Of a stretch of 46,030 bases of DNA, positions 16,960-26,118 are shown piece after piece. The notes under the pieces were generated by a model. It searched no databases, had not been told where the DNA came from, and was given only the letters and a program-made list of their open reading frames with translations. Source of the stretch: Candidatus Calditenuis sp. (lineage in GTDB: Archaea; Thermoproteota; Nitrososphaeria_A; Caldarchaeales; Calditenuaceae); NCBI GenBank assembly GCA_032249575.1, contig JAVVHL010000001.1, forward strand, positions 1 to 46,030, given 5' to 3'. Both the position numbers and the translations under genes were made by a program. Numbering within the stretch: the first letter of the stretch is position 1; each line of letters opens with the position of its first letter.

Positions 16960-18342
16960 ATGCACCCGTTGAGCCATGTGACGCTTGCGGCGCTGTTGGT
17001 GCTGTCCGCGATAATCATCTACCCTCAGCAGCTCGCTTACCCCCCGATCGGTACGTCCCCCACGTCGGTCTCTTCGCCAGGGACGAACGCGTTGGTCTTG
17101 GCTTTGCCTGCAGAGCGCTCCGTGGCCCTTTACGAGGTCGGAACCGGCTCCCTTTGGAGGATCGGCCTCGGTTTCCAGGCTGAGGGTGTCGTCGCGTCAG
17201 GCGACCGGTCTATTGCCTACTCGAGGATCCAGCAAAAAGCCGCTGTGATCGACCTGAGGTCGAGGACTGCCCTGAAAGAGCTCGAGATGCGTGTCGAGGC
17301 CGCATGGCCCTACAATCAGGGGTTCGTCGTCCACGACGGAACGAGGCTAATCGTCTTGGGACCGGAGAACGAAATCGTCAGGTCTGTGAGGATTGGGTAC
17401 GCTGGCTCACCTTGGTCGGGAAGCGCGTTCGGCAACTCCTTTTGGTTCGTCGGGGTGGATTTGACGACGCTGTATGTCCTCAACATCGTTAGCGGTGAGG
17501 TCAAGCAGGTTTACAAACACAACGACAAGATAACATCGGTTCTTGCGCTTTCCGAGAACAGGGTTGCTATCTCATCGAAGGGTTACATTGGAATTATCGG
17601 GGCAGACGGGTCGCGGAAGGACCTCAAGCTACCGTATTCTGTCTCCGAGCTGACGAGACTGTTCCCAGCGAAGGCAGGCAGGATGGTCTTCGTCGACGAG
17701 ATCCATAAAGTTGTTGGCATCATAGGTGAGGATTTGGTGGAATACCGCGTAGTGGAAGAGCTTGCCGGCCTCATCACATCGCCGGCACCCTCGAAGCTCT
17801 ACGTGATCGACCCATCGGCATCGAAGCTCTATCTCTTCGATCTGACCTTCGAACCGGAGATAAGGGAGGTGAGGTTCTCGGTCACCAGCAAATCGACGGT
17901 CAGAGTTGAGGCTGCGGTGGTCGACGCTGACAGAGACGTCGAGTCCGGCTACCCGCATGTGGTGGTAGACGACGGCAAAGGAAGCAGGATCGTCGTCCCG
18001 ATGCGGGCCGTCTCCGGGGACAGGTACTCGGCCGATGTGGACTTGAGCTCCTTCAACGGGAAATTGAGCCTCAGGGTAGTCGTGAGGGACGAGGAAGGGC
18101 ACATCGTCGAGAGCAAGGCCTACGAGGTCACCGTCGATGAAGGGGAGATCAGAACGGCCACCGCGCTGACCGTCACCGCAACTGCGAACACATCCCCCAC
18201 GCAGGGAGCTGCAGGCGTCCAGCAGTTCCTCCTCCTTTCCGTGGAGTTGCTGTTCTTCCTGATCCTCATGGGCGCGCTCGTCCTGTTCGCGCTGAGGGCC
18301 CGCAGGACAGGCAGGGGGCGGAGCAGGAGGAGAAAACCTTAA
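16960..18342 (+). CDS. Secreted, C-terminally membrane-anchored surface protein (beta-rich ectodomain)
   Basis: ATG at 16960 is followed by the hydrophobic signal/anchor VTLAALLVLSAIIIY. Thr-rich linker, C-terminal TM LLLSVELLFFLILMGALVLFAL, and Arg-rich tail. ORF is open from GTG 16891. Confidence 0.6.
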   Translation: MHPLSHVTLAALLVLSAIIIYPQQLAYPPIGTSPTSVSSPGTNALVLALPAERSVALYEVGTGSLWRIGLGFQAEGVVASGDRSIAYSRIQQKAAVIDLRSRTALKELEMRVEAAWPYNQGFVVHDGTRLIVLGPENEIVRSVRIGYAGSPWSGSAFGNSFWFVGVDLTTLYVLNIVSGEVKQVYKHNDKITSVLALSENRVAISSKGYIGIIGADGSRKDLKLPYSVSELTRLFPAKAGRMVFVDEIHKVVGIIGEDLVEYRVVEELAGLITSPAPSKLYVIDPSASKLYLFDLTFEPEIREVRFSVTSKSTVRVEAAVVDADRDVESGYPHVVVDDGKGSRIVVPMRAVSGDRYSADVDLSSFNGKLSLRVVVRDEEGHIVESKAYEVTVDEGEIRTATALTVTATANTSPTQGAAGVQQFLLLSVELLFFLILMGALVLFALRARRTGRGRSRRRKP

Positions 18343-18370
18343 CCGGTTCAGAGGGAACAAGAGAAAACGG

Positions 18371-20377
18371 ATGCCCAGGCACAAGCTACTCTGGTCGCCG
18401 ACCGAGGAGGATGTAGAGAGCGCCAACGTCACGCGCTTCATCGAGTTCGTCTCCGAGAAGAGGGGGATCGAGTTGGCCGGCTATTTCGACCTTTACGACT
18501 GGTCGATCTCAAACATTCCAGCATTCTGGAGCGACGTTTGGGAGTTCACGAAGGTCATCACCTCAACCGGTTTCGAGCAGGTGGTCGACGACCTAGGGAG
18601 GTTCCCGGGTGCCAGGTGGTTCGTAAGAGCACGCTTGAACTTCGCCGAGAACCTGATGAGGTACAGCGACGAGCGAACGGCGATCGTCTTCAGGGACGAG
18701 CTCGGCGAGCGGAGGGAGTACACGTACAGGGACGTCCACCTAGAGGTCGCCCGGTTCAGGGAGTACCTGAGGGAGCTAGGGGTGGGGCCCGGCGACAGGG
18801 TCGTCTCCTACATGCCCAACATCCCCGAGACGGTCTTCGCGATGCTGGCAGCCACCAGCCTCGGTGCGGCTTGGTCCTCGACGGGCACGGAGCTGGGGCC
18901 GACAGCAGTGGTAGACAGGTTGGGTCAGCTCGAGCCCAAGGTCCTTATCACGGTCGATCAGTCGGTCTACAAGGGAAAGGTCAACGACCTAAGGGCCAAC
19001 GTCGCCAAGATAGCCGGCTCCATTCCCTCGCTGAGGAGCGTCCTCGTCGTCGAGCGGTTCAGGGAGAGGGCAGAGGTCTCTGGTATACCGAAGGCCGTCA
19101 GCGCCTCGGAGGTCCTCTCAGAGAAGGGTCAGGCCGAGAGCGTCAGGTTCGAGCAGGTCGATTCGAACAGTCCGGTGTACATCATGTTCTCCTCCGGAAC
19201 TACCGGTAAGCCGAAGTGCATGGTCCAGAGCGTTGCAGGCGTGTTGGTGAACCACCTGAAGGAGCTGATCCTGCACACGGACCTGAAGAGGGAAGACGCT
19301 CTGCTCTACATCACCTCGCCCAGCTGGATGATGTGGAACTGGATGACCAGCTCGCTCGCTGTGGGATCGAAGCTCGTGCTCTTCGACGGCAACCCGCTCT
19401 ACCCCGATTGGAGGACGATGTGGAGGATAGCTGAGGAGGAAGGCGTGACGGTCTTCGGGTGCAGCGCCAGCTACATCTACGCCATTCGTGGAGCCGACGC
19501 CGAGCCGGGCAAGGAGTTCGACCTCTGGAGGCTCCGGGAGATATCCCAGACGGGCTCACCGCTATCGGCCGAAGGCTTCACTTGGGTCTACGAGCACGTC
19601 AAGTCCGACCTCTGGTTCAACTCGATATCAGGAGGTACTGACATCAACGGCTGCTTCCTAGCCGGGAGCCCGACCCTTCCGGTGTACGCCGGCGAGCTCC
19701 AAGCTCCAGCCCTCGGGATGAAGGTAAAGGCCTACGACGAGTCGGGCAACGAGGTCTACGACAGGGAGGGAGAGCTGGTATGCGAGGCACCCTCTCCATC
19801 GATGCCCATCTACTTCTGGAACGACCCCGATTACAAAAAATACGTCGAGACCTACTTCGAGTACTACCGTCGCGTCGGAAAGAACGTCTGGAGGCACGGC
19901 GACTGGATCACGATCTTCTCGGACACGAGGAGCGCCATAATACACGGGAGGTCGGACGCAACGCTGAAGGTCTCCGGGGTCAGGATCGGAACCGCCGAGA
20001 TCTACAGGATAGTCGAGAGGTTCCCGGAGGTCGCCGACAGCCTCGTTGCATCACTGGACGTTGGAGGCGAGACCAAGGTGGTCCTCTTCGTCAAGATGAG
20101 GGAGGGACAGGAGCTTACGGAGGAGCTGATCGAACGGATCAGGAAGGCCCTGAGGGAGGAGGCCTCGCCGAGGCACGTCCCGCACTACGTGGTCCAGGCG
20201 CCCGACATCCCTTACACATTCAACCTGAAGAAAGTGGAGATAGCGGTCTCCAACATCCTCAACGGCAGGCCTGTGACGAACAGGGAGGCGATCGTGAACG
20301 CTGACGTCTTGGAGTTCTACGAGAGGTTCGCACAAGAGCTGAGAAGGAAGTTGATTGCTGGCAGAGAGAGTGGTTAG
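18371..20377 (+). CDS. Acetoacetyl-CoA synthetase (acetoacetate-CoA ligase), AMP-forming
   Basis: Characteristic N-terminus LLWSPTEEDVESANVTRFIEF...FWSDVWEF. P-loop MFSSGTTGKPKCMV. 668 aa. Confidence 0.82.
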   Translation: MPRHKLLWSPTEEDVESANVTRFIEFVSEKRGIELAGYFDLYDWSISNIPAFWSDVWEFTKVITSTGFEQVVDDLGRFPGARWFVRARLNFAENLMRYSDERTAIVFRDELGERREYTYRDVHLEVARFREYLRELGVGPGDRVVSYMPNIPETVFAMLAATSLGAAWSSTGTELGPTAVVDRLGQLEPKVLITVDQSVYKGKVNDLRANVAKIAGSIPSLRSVLVVERFRERAEVSGIPKAVSASEVLSEKGQAESVRFEQVDSNSPVYIMFSSGTTGKPKCMVQSVAGVLVNHLKELILHTDLKREDALLYITSPSWMMWNWMTSSLAVGSKLVLFDGNPLYPDWRTMWRIAEEEGVTVFGCSASYIYAIRGADAEPGKEFDLWRLREISQTGSPLSAEGFTWVYEHVKSDLWFNSISGGTDINGCFLAGSPTLPVYAGELQAPALGMKVKAYDESGNEVYDREGELVCEAPSPSMPIYFWNDPDYKKYVETYFEYYRRVGKNVWRHGDWITIFSDTRSAIIHGRSDATLKVSGVRIGTAEIYRIVERFPEVADSLVASLDVGGETKVVLFVKMREGQELTEELIERIRKALREEASPRHVPHYVVQAPDIPYTFNLKKVEIAVSNILNGRPVTNREAIVNADVLEFYERFAQELRRKLIAGRESG

Positions 20378-20784
20378 CGGGAAGGCTCGAAACCTTCTAT
20401 GTCGAGTATCGAGCCGATGCGATCGCTCCTGAACTTTGGTCTAACCCTCATGCCCTCGCTCGGGTCGCCACCTCCGACGTAGCGGTGAAGGATTCCGCCC
20501 TCGAAGCCGTCGAAGGCCACGAAGACTAAGACCGTGCCGTCGGCCGTCCTGGTCCACGTGACGACCCTGCCCTCTCCAGGGACTTCAACGTACTCAACCT
20601 TCGAGTCGACGCAGTGCGGGCAGAAAGCGAAGGGCGGCACGTAGCTCCGCGAGCAGGAAGTGCACCTCGATCCCTTCAACGTGCCCTGCCTCAAGCCCTC
20701 GAGGAAGACGGAGAGCGCGAAGCCTGCCGGGTACTCGTAAGGGTTCTCGATCGCATGCCTGAACTCGCCGACCACCTCGCTCAC
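20374..20784 (-). CDS. DUF35 zinc-ribbon/OB-fold protein (short)
   Basis: CTSCSRSYVPPFAFCPHC rubredoxin-like zinc ribbon followed by an OB-fold-like C-terminus. 4-nt overlap with the upstream gene. Confidence 0.8.
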   Translation of the reverse strand: MSEVVGEFRHAIENPYEYPAGFALSVFLEGLRQGTLKGSRCTSCSRSYVPPFAFCPHCVDSKVEYVEVPGEGRVVTWTRTADGTVLVFVAFDGFEGGILHRYVGGGDPSEGMRVRPKFRSDRIGSILDIEGFEPSR

Positions 20785-21431
20785 CCCCTAACCGGTGCGA
20801 AGTAGAGGACGTCGGTGATGCTCCCAACCCTCTCCTCCTTCGGCCTCCATACCGGCCTCACCTTCATCCCAATCCTGATCTCTTGGGGATCGACCTCGCC
20901 GAGCCTGTGCAGTATGCCGGCAGCATGAGCGACCGTTTTGGAGTTGGGCCTGAGCACCTTCGTCCCCTCGAACCAGATCACCGCAATAGGCTCTGGTCTC
21001 GGAAGCCTGACCTTCGGGTTGGTGCCTATGTGAGCGATCGAGTAGGTCGCCACCTCGCCCTCACCGCTGTGCTCGATCCACTCGTCGACCCTCCTGAAGC
21101 ACCACTCGCAGAAGGTCCTTGGAGGTATGAGGACTCTGCCGCAGCCGCTGCACCTCGTCCCCACGAACTTCCCCTCCTTCAGGCCCTCGAGGAACCTCGT
21201 CAGGGCGACACCTGTGCTCCTCCTGTACCTGAAGTCGAAGAGGTAGGGCGTCACGACCAGCGTCTCCGGCACCTCGAACTCAGTCCTGCCCTTCACCTCT
21301 CCCAAAGCTTTGGCCCAGGAGCTTATCCTGCCCTCTCCGACCTCGGCCGTCGCCCTCGACAGAAGCCCCGCCAGGCCCTCGTCGAGCCCTGCGAGCGTCT
21401 CCCTCCTGAACCTCACCAGCCTGACGCTCAT
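20781..21431 (-). CDS. DUF35 zinc-ribbon/OB-fold protein (long, with N-terminal extension)
   Basis: CSGCGRVLIPPRTFCEWC zinc ribbon plus OB-fold. ATG at 21431 overlaps the stop of the upstream thiolase-fold gene (21428-21431). ORF is open to 21476. Confidence 0.78.
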   Translation of the reverse strand: MSVRLVRFRRETLAGLDEGLAGLLSRATAEVGEGRISSWAKALGEVKGRTEFEVPETLVVTPYLFDFRYRRSTGVALTRFLEGLKEGKFVGTRCSGCGRVLIPPRTFCEWCFRRVDEWIEHSGEGEVATYSIAHIGTNPKVRLPRPEPIAVIWFEGTKVLRPNSKTVAHAAGILHRLGEVDPQEIRIGMKVRPVWRPKEERVGSITDVLYFAPVRG

Positions 21432-22582
21432 CTCCTGCACACCACCACCGTCCCGACCTGCATGAGGTCGCCCCATGCCTGGGCTACGCCGACGTAGGCG
21501 TTGGGCACCTGCCTCTTCCCAGCCCGCTCTGAGAGCTGCCAGTAAAGCTCGGCCACCTTCATCAGACCTGCGGCGGCTATCGGGTTGCCGACACCGAGCA
21601 GGCCTCCGGACGGCGATGCGGGGTGGTCTCCGTCCCTGTGAAGCTGTCCCTCCTTCAGCAGCTTAGGAGCGAGGCCCGGCTTCCCCAGGAGGCCGTCGAG
21701 GTGGTGGAGCTCCTTGTACGTGAACGGGTCATAGGGTTCCCAGACGTCGACCTCCTTCAGAGGATTCGTTATCCCGGCCATCCTGTAAGCCTTCTGTGCG
21801 GCGAGGTAGACGTAGTACGGGAAAGCGAGGTCCCTGTTGGTCCAGTACTGCGAGTCGAGGCAAGTCGCCACGCCGTCTATCCAGACGGGTGTGTCCGTGA
21901 GCTTCCGGGCCACGTCCTCGGACGCCAGGAGGATTGCAACCGCACCGTCGGAGGTGGGGCTTATGTCAAGCCTGTTCACCGGCCAGACCATGACCTCCGA
22001 CCTCAAGACGTCCTCCACCGTTATCTTAGCACCGAGCTGGGCGTGGGGGTGGTCGAGGGCGTTGGCCTTGTTCTTCACGGCGACCTCCGCTATCAGCTCC
22101 TTTGAAAGGTTGTGCGCCTCCATGTATCGCCTCATCTCCAGCGCGAAGATCCAGATCAGGTTCGGGCCGAGTGGTTGCTCTATGACGGGTTCGAAGATCG
22201 TCTGGAAGAGCTTCTGGGCGTGCGGGTATGGAGGGCTCATCTTCTCCCACGCCACGACGAGGAGCGTATCGAAGAGGCCTGAGGCGACGTGGTACCATCC
22301 GGAGACGGCGGCCGCAACCCCGCTTCCACCTCCCACGAAGACCCTCGTTATCGGCTTCCCGATCGCACCGGCTGCCTCGTTGGCTATCGAGACCTTGTCG
22401 TGGTATCCGTCGAAGGCGTCTGGAGCTGAGGCGCAGAGGACGCCGTCGACGTAACGGATCGAGAGCGACCCCACGTCGTCGAGGCACCTCTTCACCGCCT
22501 CCCTTATCATCTCCGGTGAGCTGTGAGGCAGCATCGACCTGAAGTCCGTCATGCCTGCACCCACAATCGCTACCCTCCTCAC
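21428..22582 (-). CDS. Thiolase-fold (SCP-x/archaeal thiolase-like) protein, apparently lacking the canonical catalytic Cys/His
   Basis: Overall thiolase layout: MRRVAIVGAGMTDF..., EKMS, GGLLGVGNPIAAAG. The nucleophile position reads FVGGGSGVAAAVSG and the His position reads GNP. Confidence 0.75.
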   Translation of the reverse strand: MRRVAIVGAGMTDFRSMLPHSSPEMIREAVKRCLDDVGSLSIRYVDGVLCASAPDAFDGYHDKVSIANEAAGAIGKPITRVFVGGGSGVAAAVSGWYHVASGLFDTLLVVAWEKMSPPYPHAQKLFQTIFEPVIEQPLGPNLIWIFALEMRRYMEAHNLSKELIAEVAVKNKANALDHPHAQLGAKITVEDVLRSEVMVWPVNRLDISPTSDGAVAILLASEDVARKLTDTPVWIDGVATCLDSQYWTNRDLAFPYYVYLAAQKAYRMAGITNPLKEVDVWEPYDPFTYKELHHLDGLLGKPGLAPKLLKEGQLHRDGDHPASPSGGLLGVGNPIAAAGLMKVAELYWQLSERAGKRQVPNAYVGVAQAWGDLMQVGTVVVCRR

Positions 22583-23736
22583 ATCGCATCACCCGTCCTG
22601 AGGTAAACTAACGTGCCGGAGTCGGAGATCTCCGTGTGGAGCGACCCGACTATGGCGGTCCTCGCGCCCTTCACCTGCACGTTCCCCGCCTCGCCCCTAA
22701 GCTGCCTGACCGCGCTGACGAAGGCCCTGCCGCCAGAAGCGTTGAGTGAGTTGCCGTTGCCCAGACATCCTCCTGACGGGTTGAAGGGCAGCGCCGATCC
22801 CAGCTCCAGATCGCCTGCCCTCAGCATCCGCAACGCCTCGCCCTCGGACCCCAGCAAAGCGGAGAGGAACTGGAGCTCCTGATGAGCGAAGAACTCGGTG
22901 AACTCGACCAAGTCGCAAGACCTCATCGGGTTTCCCCGCAGGTCGCGCCCCACCCTCTCCAAAGCACCCTTCACCCACTCCATCACGCCCCACTTCCTCA
23001 TCCATTGATGGGCACCGGAGGTGGCACCGGCCTGCCATATCGATGCGATCTCCACAGCTCTGTCCGATCCCTTTGCGGCCCTTTCCGATCCCAGAACCAC
23101 TACCGCGACGTAGTCGGAGAACTGCGCCACGTGCTTCTGCCTTAGCGGCTCGTAGACGAACGTGGTCCTCTCGACGTCATCTGCATTCAACGCCTCACCG
23201 TATGGTCCCCCCGATCGAGCAGCGTTCCTCAGGTTCTTCTCCGCCACCAAAGAGAGGTCGCGGGTTGTGGACCCGGTCTTTCCGAGGAAAGCCCTCGCGT
23301 CCAGTCCAGCTATGGCGTACGGATCCGATAAGATCGGTCTCAGGCAGTGGGGATCAAGGGAGGACCTGAGGACGTCCGCGTAGTTCTCCATCTCGGAGGG
23401 CCTGGCGTGCGACTCGACTGCCACCAAATCCATCAGCCCTGACCTGACGGCCATGTAGGCGTGAAAGAGGGCCTCGAGGAAGTCGCCTGCAACGAGCATG
23501 TTGAACTTCAGCCTCGTCCCGACCTGATCGGGGGTGTATTCGTCGGCGATCGATACACCTTCGACGAAGTCCTGCTCTGCGGAGAAGAGTCCATCGACCT
23601 CGGAGGGCCCGATACCGGCATCTGCGTATGCCCGCACCGCCGCCTCGAATGTCATCTCCCTGAAGTCGAGGTCCTTCAGCGATTTAGTTGGCGGAAGTTC
23701 TCCTACCCCGAGCACATAGACCTTGTTATGTGCCAT
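22579..23736 (-). CDS. Thiolase-fold protein (second subunit-like paralog), apparently lacking the canonical catalytic Cys/His
   Basis: KVYVLGVGELPPTK..., MLVAGDFLEALFHAYMAVRSG at the nucleophile position, GGCLGNGNSLNASG at the His position. 4-nt overlap with the downstream paralog. Confidence 0.72.
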   Translation of the reverse strand: MAHNKVYVLGVGELPPTKSLKDLDFREMTFEAAVRAYADAGIGPSEVDGLFSAEQDFVEGVSIADEYTPDQVGTRLKFNMLVAGDFLEALFHAYMAVRSGLMDLVAVESHARPSEMENYADVLRSSLDPHCLRPILSDPYAIAGLDARAFLGKTGSTTRDLSLVAEKNLRNAARSGGPYGEALNADDVERTTFVYEPLRQKHVAQFSDYVAVVVLGSERAAKGSDRAVEIASIWQAGATSGAHQWMRKWGVMEWVKGALERVGRDLRGNPMRSCDLVEFTEFFAHQELQFLSALLGSEGEALRMLRAGDLELGSALPFNPSGGCLGNGNSLNASGGRAFVSAVRQLRGEAGNVQVKGARTAIVGSLHTEISDSGTLVYLRTGDAM

Positions 23737-23761
23737 TACGTTATCAAGCTCAGTTAACCGG

Positions 23762-23770
23762 TATATAATA
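23762..23770 (-). promoter_or_regulatory. TATA box for the thiolase-fold/DUF35 operon
   Basis: tatataata, 26 nt upstream of ATG 23736 on the minus strand (leaderless geometry). Confidence 0.45.
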
Positions 23771-23862
23771 TGATGCGTGCACAGCTTCTTGGGAACACCC
23801 CAAAACCTATGACAGCCCTGACAGAGGTTCCGCGATATGATGTCTGCGTTGCTGTTTCGATC

Positions 23863-24285
23863 TCACGCGAACTCCCTGAGCAACCTTCTTGCGATCTCCA
23901 GCACAAACCCCGCATCTTCTATTGCTTTTTCCGCGTCGAATCTTGTGTAAAGCTCCTCCGGCGGGATCTTGCTCTCCTCATCGCCGTACATCGCTAACTC
24001 CCTCTCCTTACGGAGACTCCTCGATATCGAGACGATCCGTTCCACATGTTCCTTGAACCACTCAGGGAAGTTCTCCCTCTCCCTTCTAATTATGGGGCCA
24101 ACGTCGTGCCATTTTGGTGGTTCTATGCCCACGAGCCTGAGGCATGCCTTGAGGGACAGCTCAACGCATTCCTGGGCCTGCCTCACAGCATACGGGTAAT
24201 TGCCGCGTTCGAGGGCAATTCTCGCCGTCGTCAACCTGTCCTCAGCCTGCCTTACGTTCGACCTTGCCAGCTCATAGCTATCCAA
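23863..24285 (-). CDS. HEPN domain protein (putative toxin of a HEPN/MNT pair)
   Basis: 140-aa all-helical ORF with COG2250-like HEPN features (NYPYAVRQAQECVELSLKA...). 8-nt overlap with the upstream nucleotidyltransferase gene. Confidence 0.75.
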   Translation of the reverse strand: MDSYELARSNVRQAEDRLTTARIALERGNYPYAVRQAQECVELSLKACLRLVGIEPPKWHDVGPIIRRERENFPEWFKEHVERIVSISRSLRKERELAMYGDEESKIPPEELYTRFDAEKAIEDAGFVLEIARRLLREFA

Positions 24286-24787
24286 CTATCCTCACTCTCT
24301 CTCTGGAATAACCGTGCTTCAGCTTCCAATACCACTTGCTCCCGATCCAAATTCTCGTGGCGCCAATTTCCTGTAACTTCTCCTTGAGCTTTGTGAGCAA
24401 TTCTCTCAGGAAGTTGTCCTTGTCGTAAAGGATCACCGCGTCCTCGGTTAGGTCCAGGAACAGGGGCGGAATTTCTCTCGCCTCGTCTACGGTCAGAATG
24501 ACAGGCGATACCGTTATCGCGTACCCCTCATCGAGCAACTTCTCCAGCACAGGATCCAGCTTGCTCTCTACGTTCAGGAATCTCTGAACCCTTTCCCTCC
24601 TGCTCCTCGGGAGCCTGCTCGCTATGATCAGGACGTCCAAGTCGCTGTCCTTCCTAGCAGTGCCCCTTGCTATCGATCCGAATACGGCAACCGAAACCAG
24701 ATCATCGCCATATTCCGTTTTGATGAGCTCCACCAATCTGTTCACCAGCGACCGATACGGCTCTGCAATCCTTTCAGTCCCGTTCAT
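24278..24787 (-). CDS. Minimal nucleotidyltransferase (MNT, Pol-beta superfamily), putative antitoxin
   Basis: VAVFGSIARGTARKDSDLDVLI is the GS-x9-DxD nucleotidyltransferase signature. Confidence 0.82.
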   Translation of the reverse strand: MNGTERIAEPYRSLVNRLVELIKTEYGDDLVSVAVFGSIARGTARKDSDLDVLIIASRLPRSRRERVQRFLNVESKLDPVLEKLLDEGYAITVSPVILTVDEAREIPPLFLDLTEDAVILYDKDNFLRELLTKLKEKLQEIGATRIWIGSKWYWKLKHGYSRERVRIVG

Positions 24788-24903
24788 GACTTGACCTCAG
24801 TCACTTCCCTGCCGACGGATTTTAACATTCAATCGGCGAACCAGCTAGCAGGCGAATGGCTCCTGTAACAGAGTCAAGTTGGTGCTATGCTATTGACACT
24901 ACA

Positions 24904-24916
24904 ACAGAAGAAAAGT
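24904..24916 (-). terminator. T-rich tract downstream of the acyl-CoA dehydrogenase gene
   Basis: The minus strand reads acttttcttctgt, starting about 14 nt after the stop at 24930. Confidence 0.3.
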
Positions 24917-24929
24917 CATTCTGGGGAGA

Positions 24930-26099
24930 TCAGTAGGACTTCGGCAGGCCGAGGACGTGGGTTCCGATGTAACTCAACACCAACTCGTTCGTCACGGGAG
25001 CCGTTTTGAAGAGCCTGAGGATAGGGTAGAGGTTGACGAGGTCGGTCCCAAGCTCGAAGGCATAGCCACCGAACGTTTGCATCGCTATGTCGAGCGCCTC
25101 CAGCCCGGCCTCCGAGGCGAGGAGCTTGGCGATGTTCGCCAGCTCAAGGCCCTTGCCGAACTGGTCGTGGAGCCTTGCGGCGTTGTAAATGACAGAGCGG
25201 GCGGCCTCCAGGTGCGCAGCTGCCCTCGCCATGGGGAACTGCAGGCCCTGGTGCGAGCCTATCGGGACGTCGAAGACCCTCCTGCTCTTGGCGTAATCGA
25301 CGGCCTTGCTCAGGGCGAAGTCGCCGAGGCCGACAGCGATCGATGCGATCAGCAACCTCTCCACGTTCAGCCCCTCGAAGAGGGCCTTGTACCCCTCACC
25401 CTCTTTACCGATCAGGTTCTCCTCAGGGACCCTGACGGAGTCGAAGTAGACCGCGTACTGCCACTCTGGCCCCCTCATGTCGATGTCGAGCCGCTCCATC
25501 CTGATGTTCGGATCGGACGTCTCGAGGACGAAGAGGGATATCCCGTACCTCTTGTCGCCGACCTCCTCATAGCGCTTGGTCCTCGCCACCAGCAGCATGA
25601 AGTCCGACTCCCTCGCGCCGCTGATGAAGACCTTCTGGCCCGTGATCACGTAGCCGTCGCTCTCCTTCCTGGCCAGCGTCGAGATCCTCCAGGTGTTCGA
25701 GCCGGCCTCTGGCTCCGTCAGCGCGAAGCTCATCCTCTTGCCCTCGGTGCAGGTAGGCGTGACGAACCTCCGTATCTGGTCCTCGTTCCCTGCCGAGAGG
25801 ACTATGTGTCTGCTGAAGTGCGTGACGAGGAACTGGAGGACCGGTAAACCCTCGAGCGCCAAGGCCTCCTGAGTCAGAACCGCGCCCATCAACCCGAACC
25901 CTGACCCTCCGTACCTCTCCGGGACGCCTACACCTGTGAGACCCTGCCTCCGCATCTCCTCCCAAAGCTCGTCGGGCGGCTCCTTCCTCTCCCACTTCTC
26001 CAGCCAATAGGACCTGCCGAAGGACCTCGAGACGGACCTCGCTGTCTTGAGTAGCAGGCTCTCCTCTTCGCTCAAGGTCTCGTGCATAGGTATCCGCAT
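24930..26099 (-). CDS. Acyl-CoA dehydrogenase
   Basis: 389-aa ORF with ACAD-typical blocks: FALTEPEAGSN, ITGQKVFISGA, C-terminal IGTHVLGLPKSY. Confidence 0.88.
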   Translation of the reverse strand: MRIPMHETLSEEESLLLKTARSVSRSFGRSYWLEKWERKEPPDELWEEMRRQGLTGVGVPERYGGSGFGLMGAVLTQEALALEGLPVLQFLVTHFSRHIVLSAGNEDQIRRFVTPTCTEGKRMSFALTEPEAGSNTWRISTLARKESDGYVITGQKVFISGARESDFMLLVARTKRYEEVGDKRYGISLFVLETSDPNIRMERLDIDMRGPEWQYAVYFDSVRVPEENLIGKEGEGYKALFEGLNVERLLIASIAVGLGDFALSKAVDYAKSRRVFDVPIGSHQGLQFPMARAAAHLEAARSVIYNAARLHDQFGKGLELANIAKLLASEAGLEALDIAMQTFGGYAFELGTDLVNLYPILRLFKTAPVTNELVLSYIGTHVLGLPKSY

Positions 26100-26118
26100 C
26101 CCTTCAGACCCCCGGATC

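Noticed and set aside
17629-18441. 270-aa minus-strand ORF antisense to the surface protein gene and the acetoacetyl-CoA synthetase start
   Set aside because: Low-complexity shadow ORF that crosses an intergenic spacer.
23770-23850. C/D-box sRNA-like elements (atgatgc ... ctga ... tgatgt) in the spacer upstream of the thiolase-fold operon
   Set aside because: The box spacing is wrong: about 45 nt between the C-like and D'-like boxes instead of about 12. There is no terminal CTGA D box and no terminal stem. The AT-rich sequence is better explained as a promoter.
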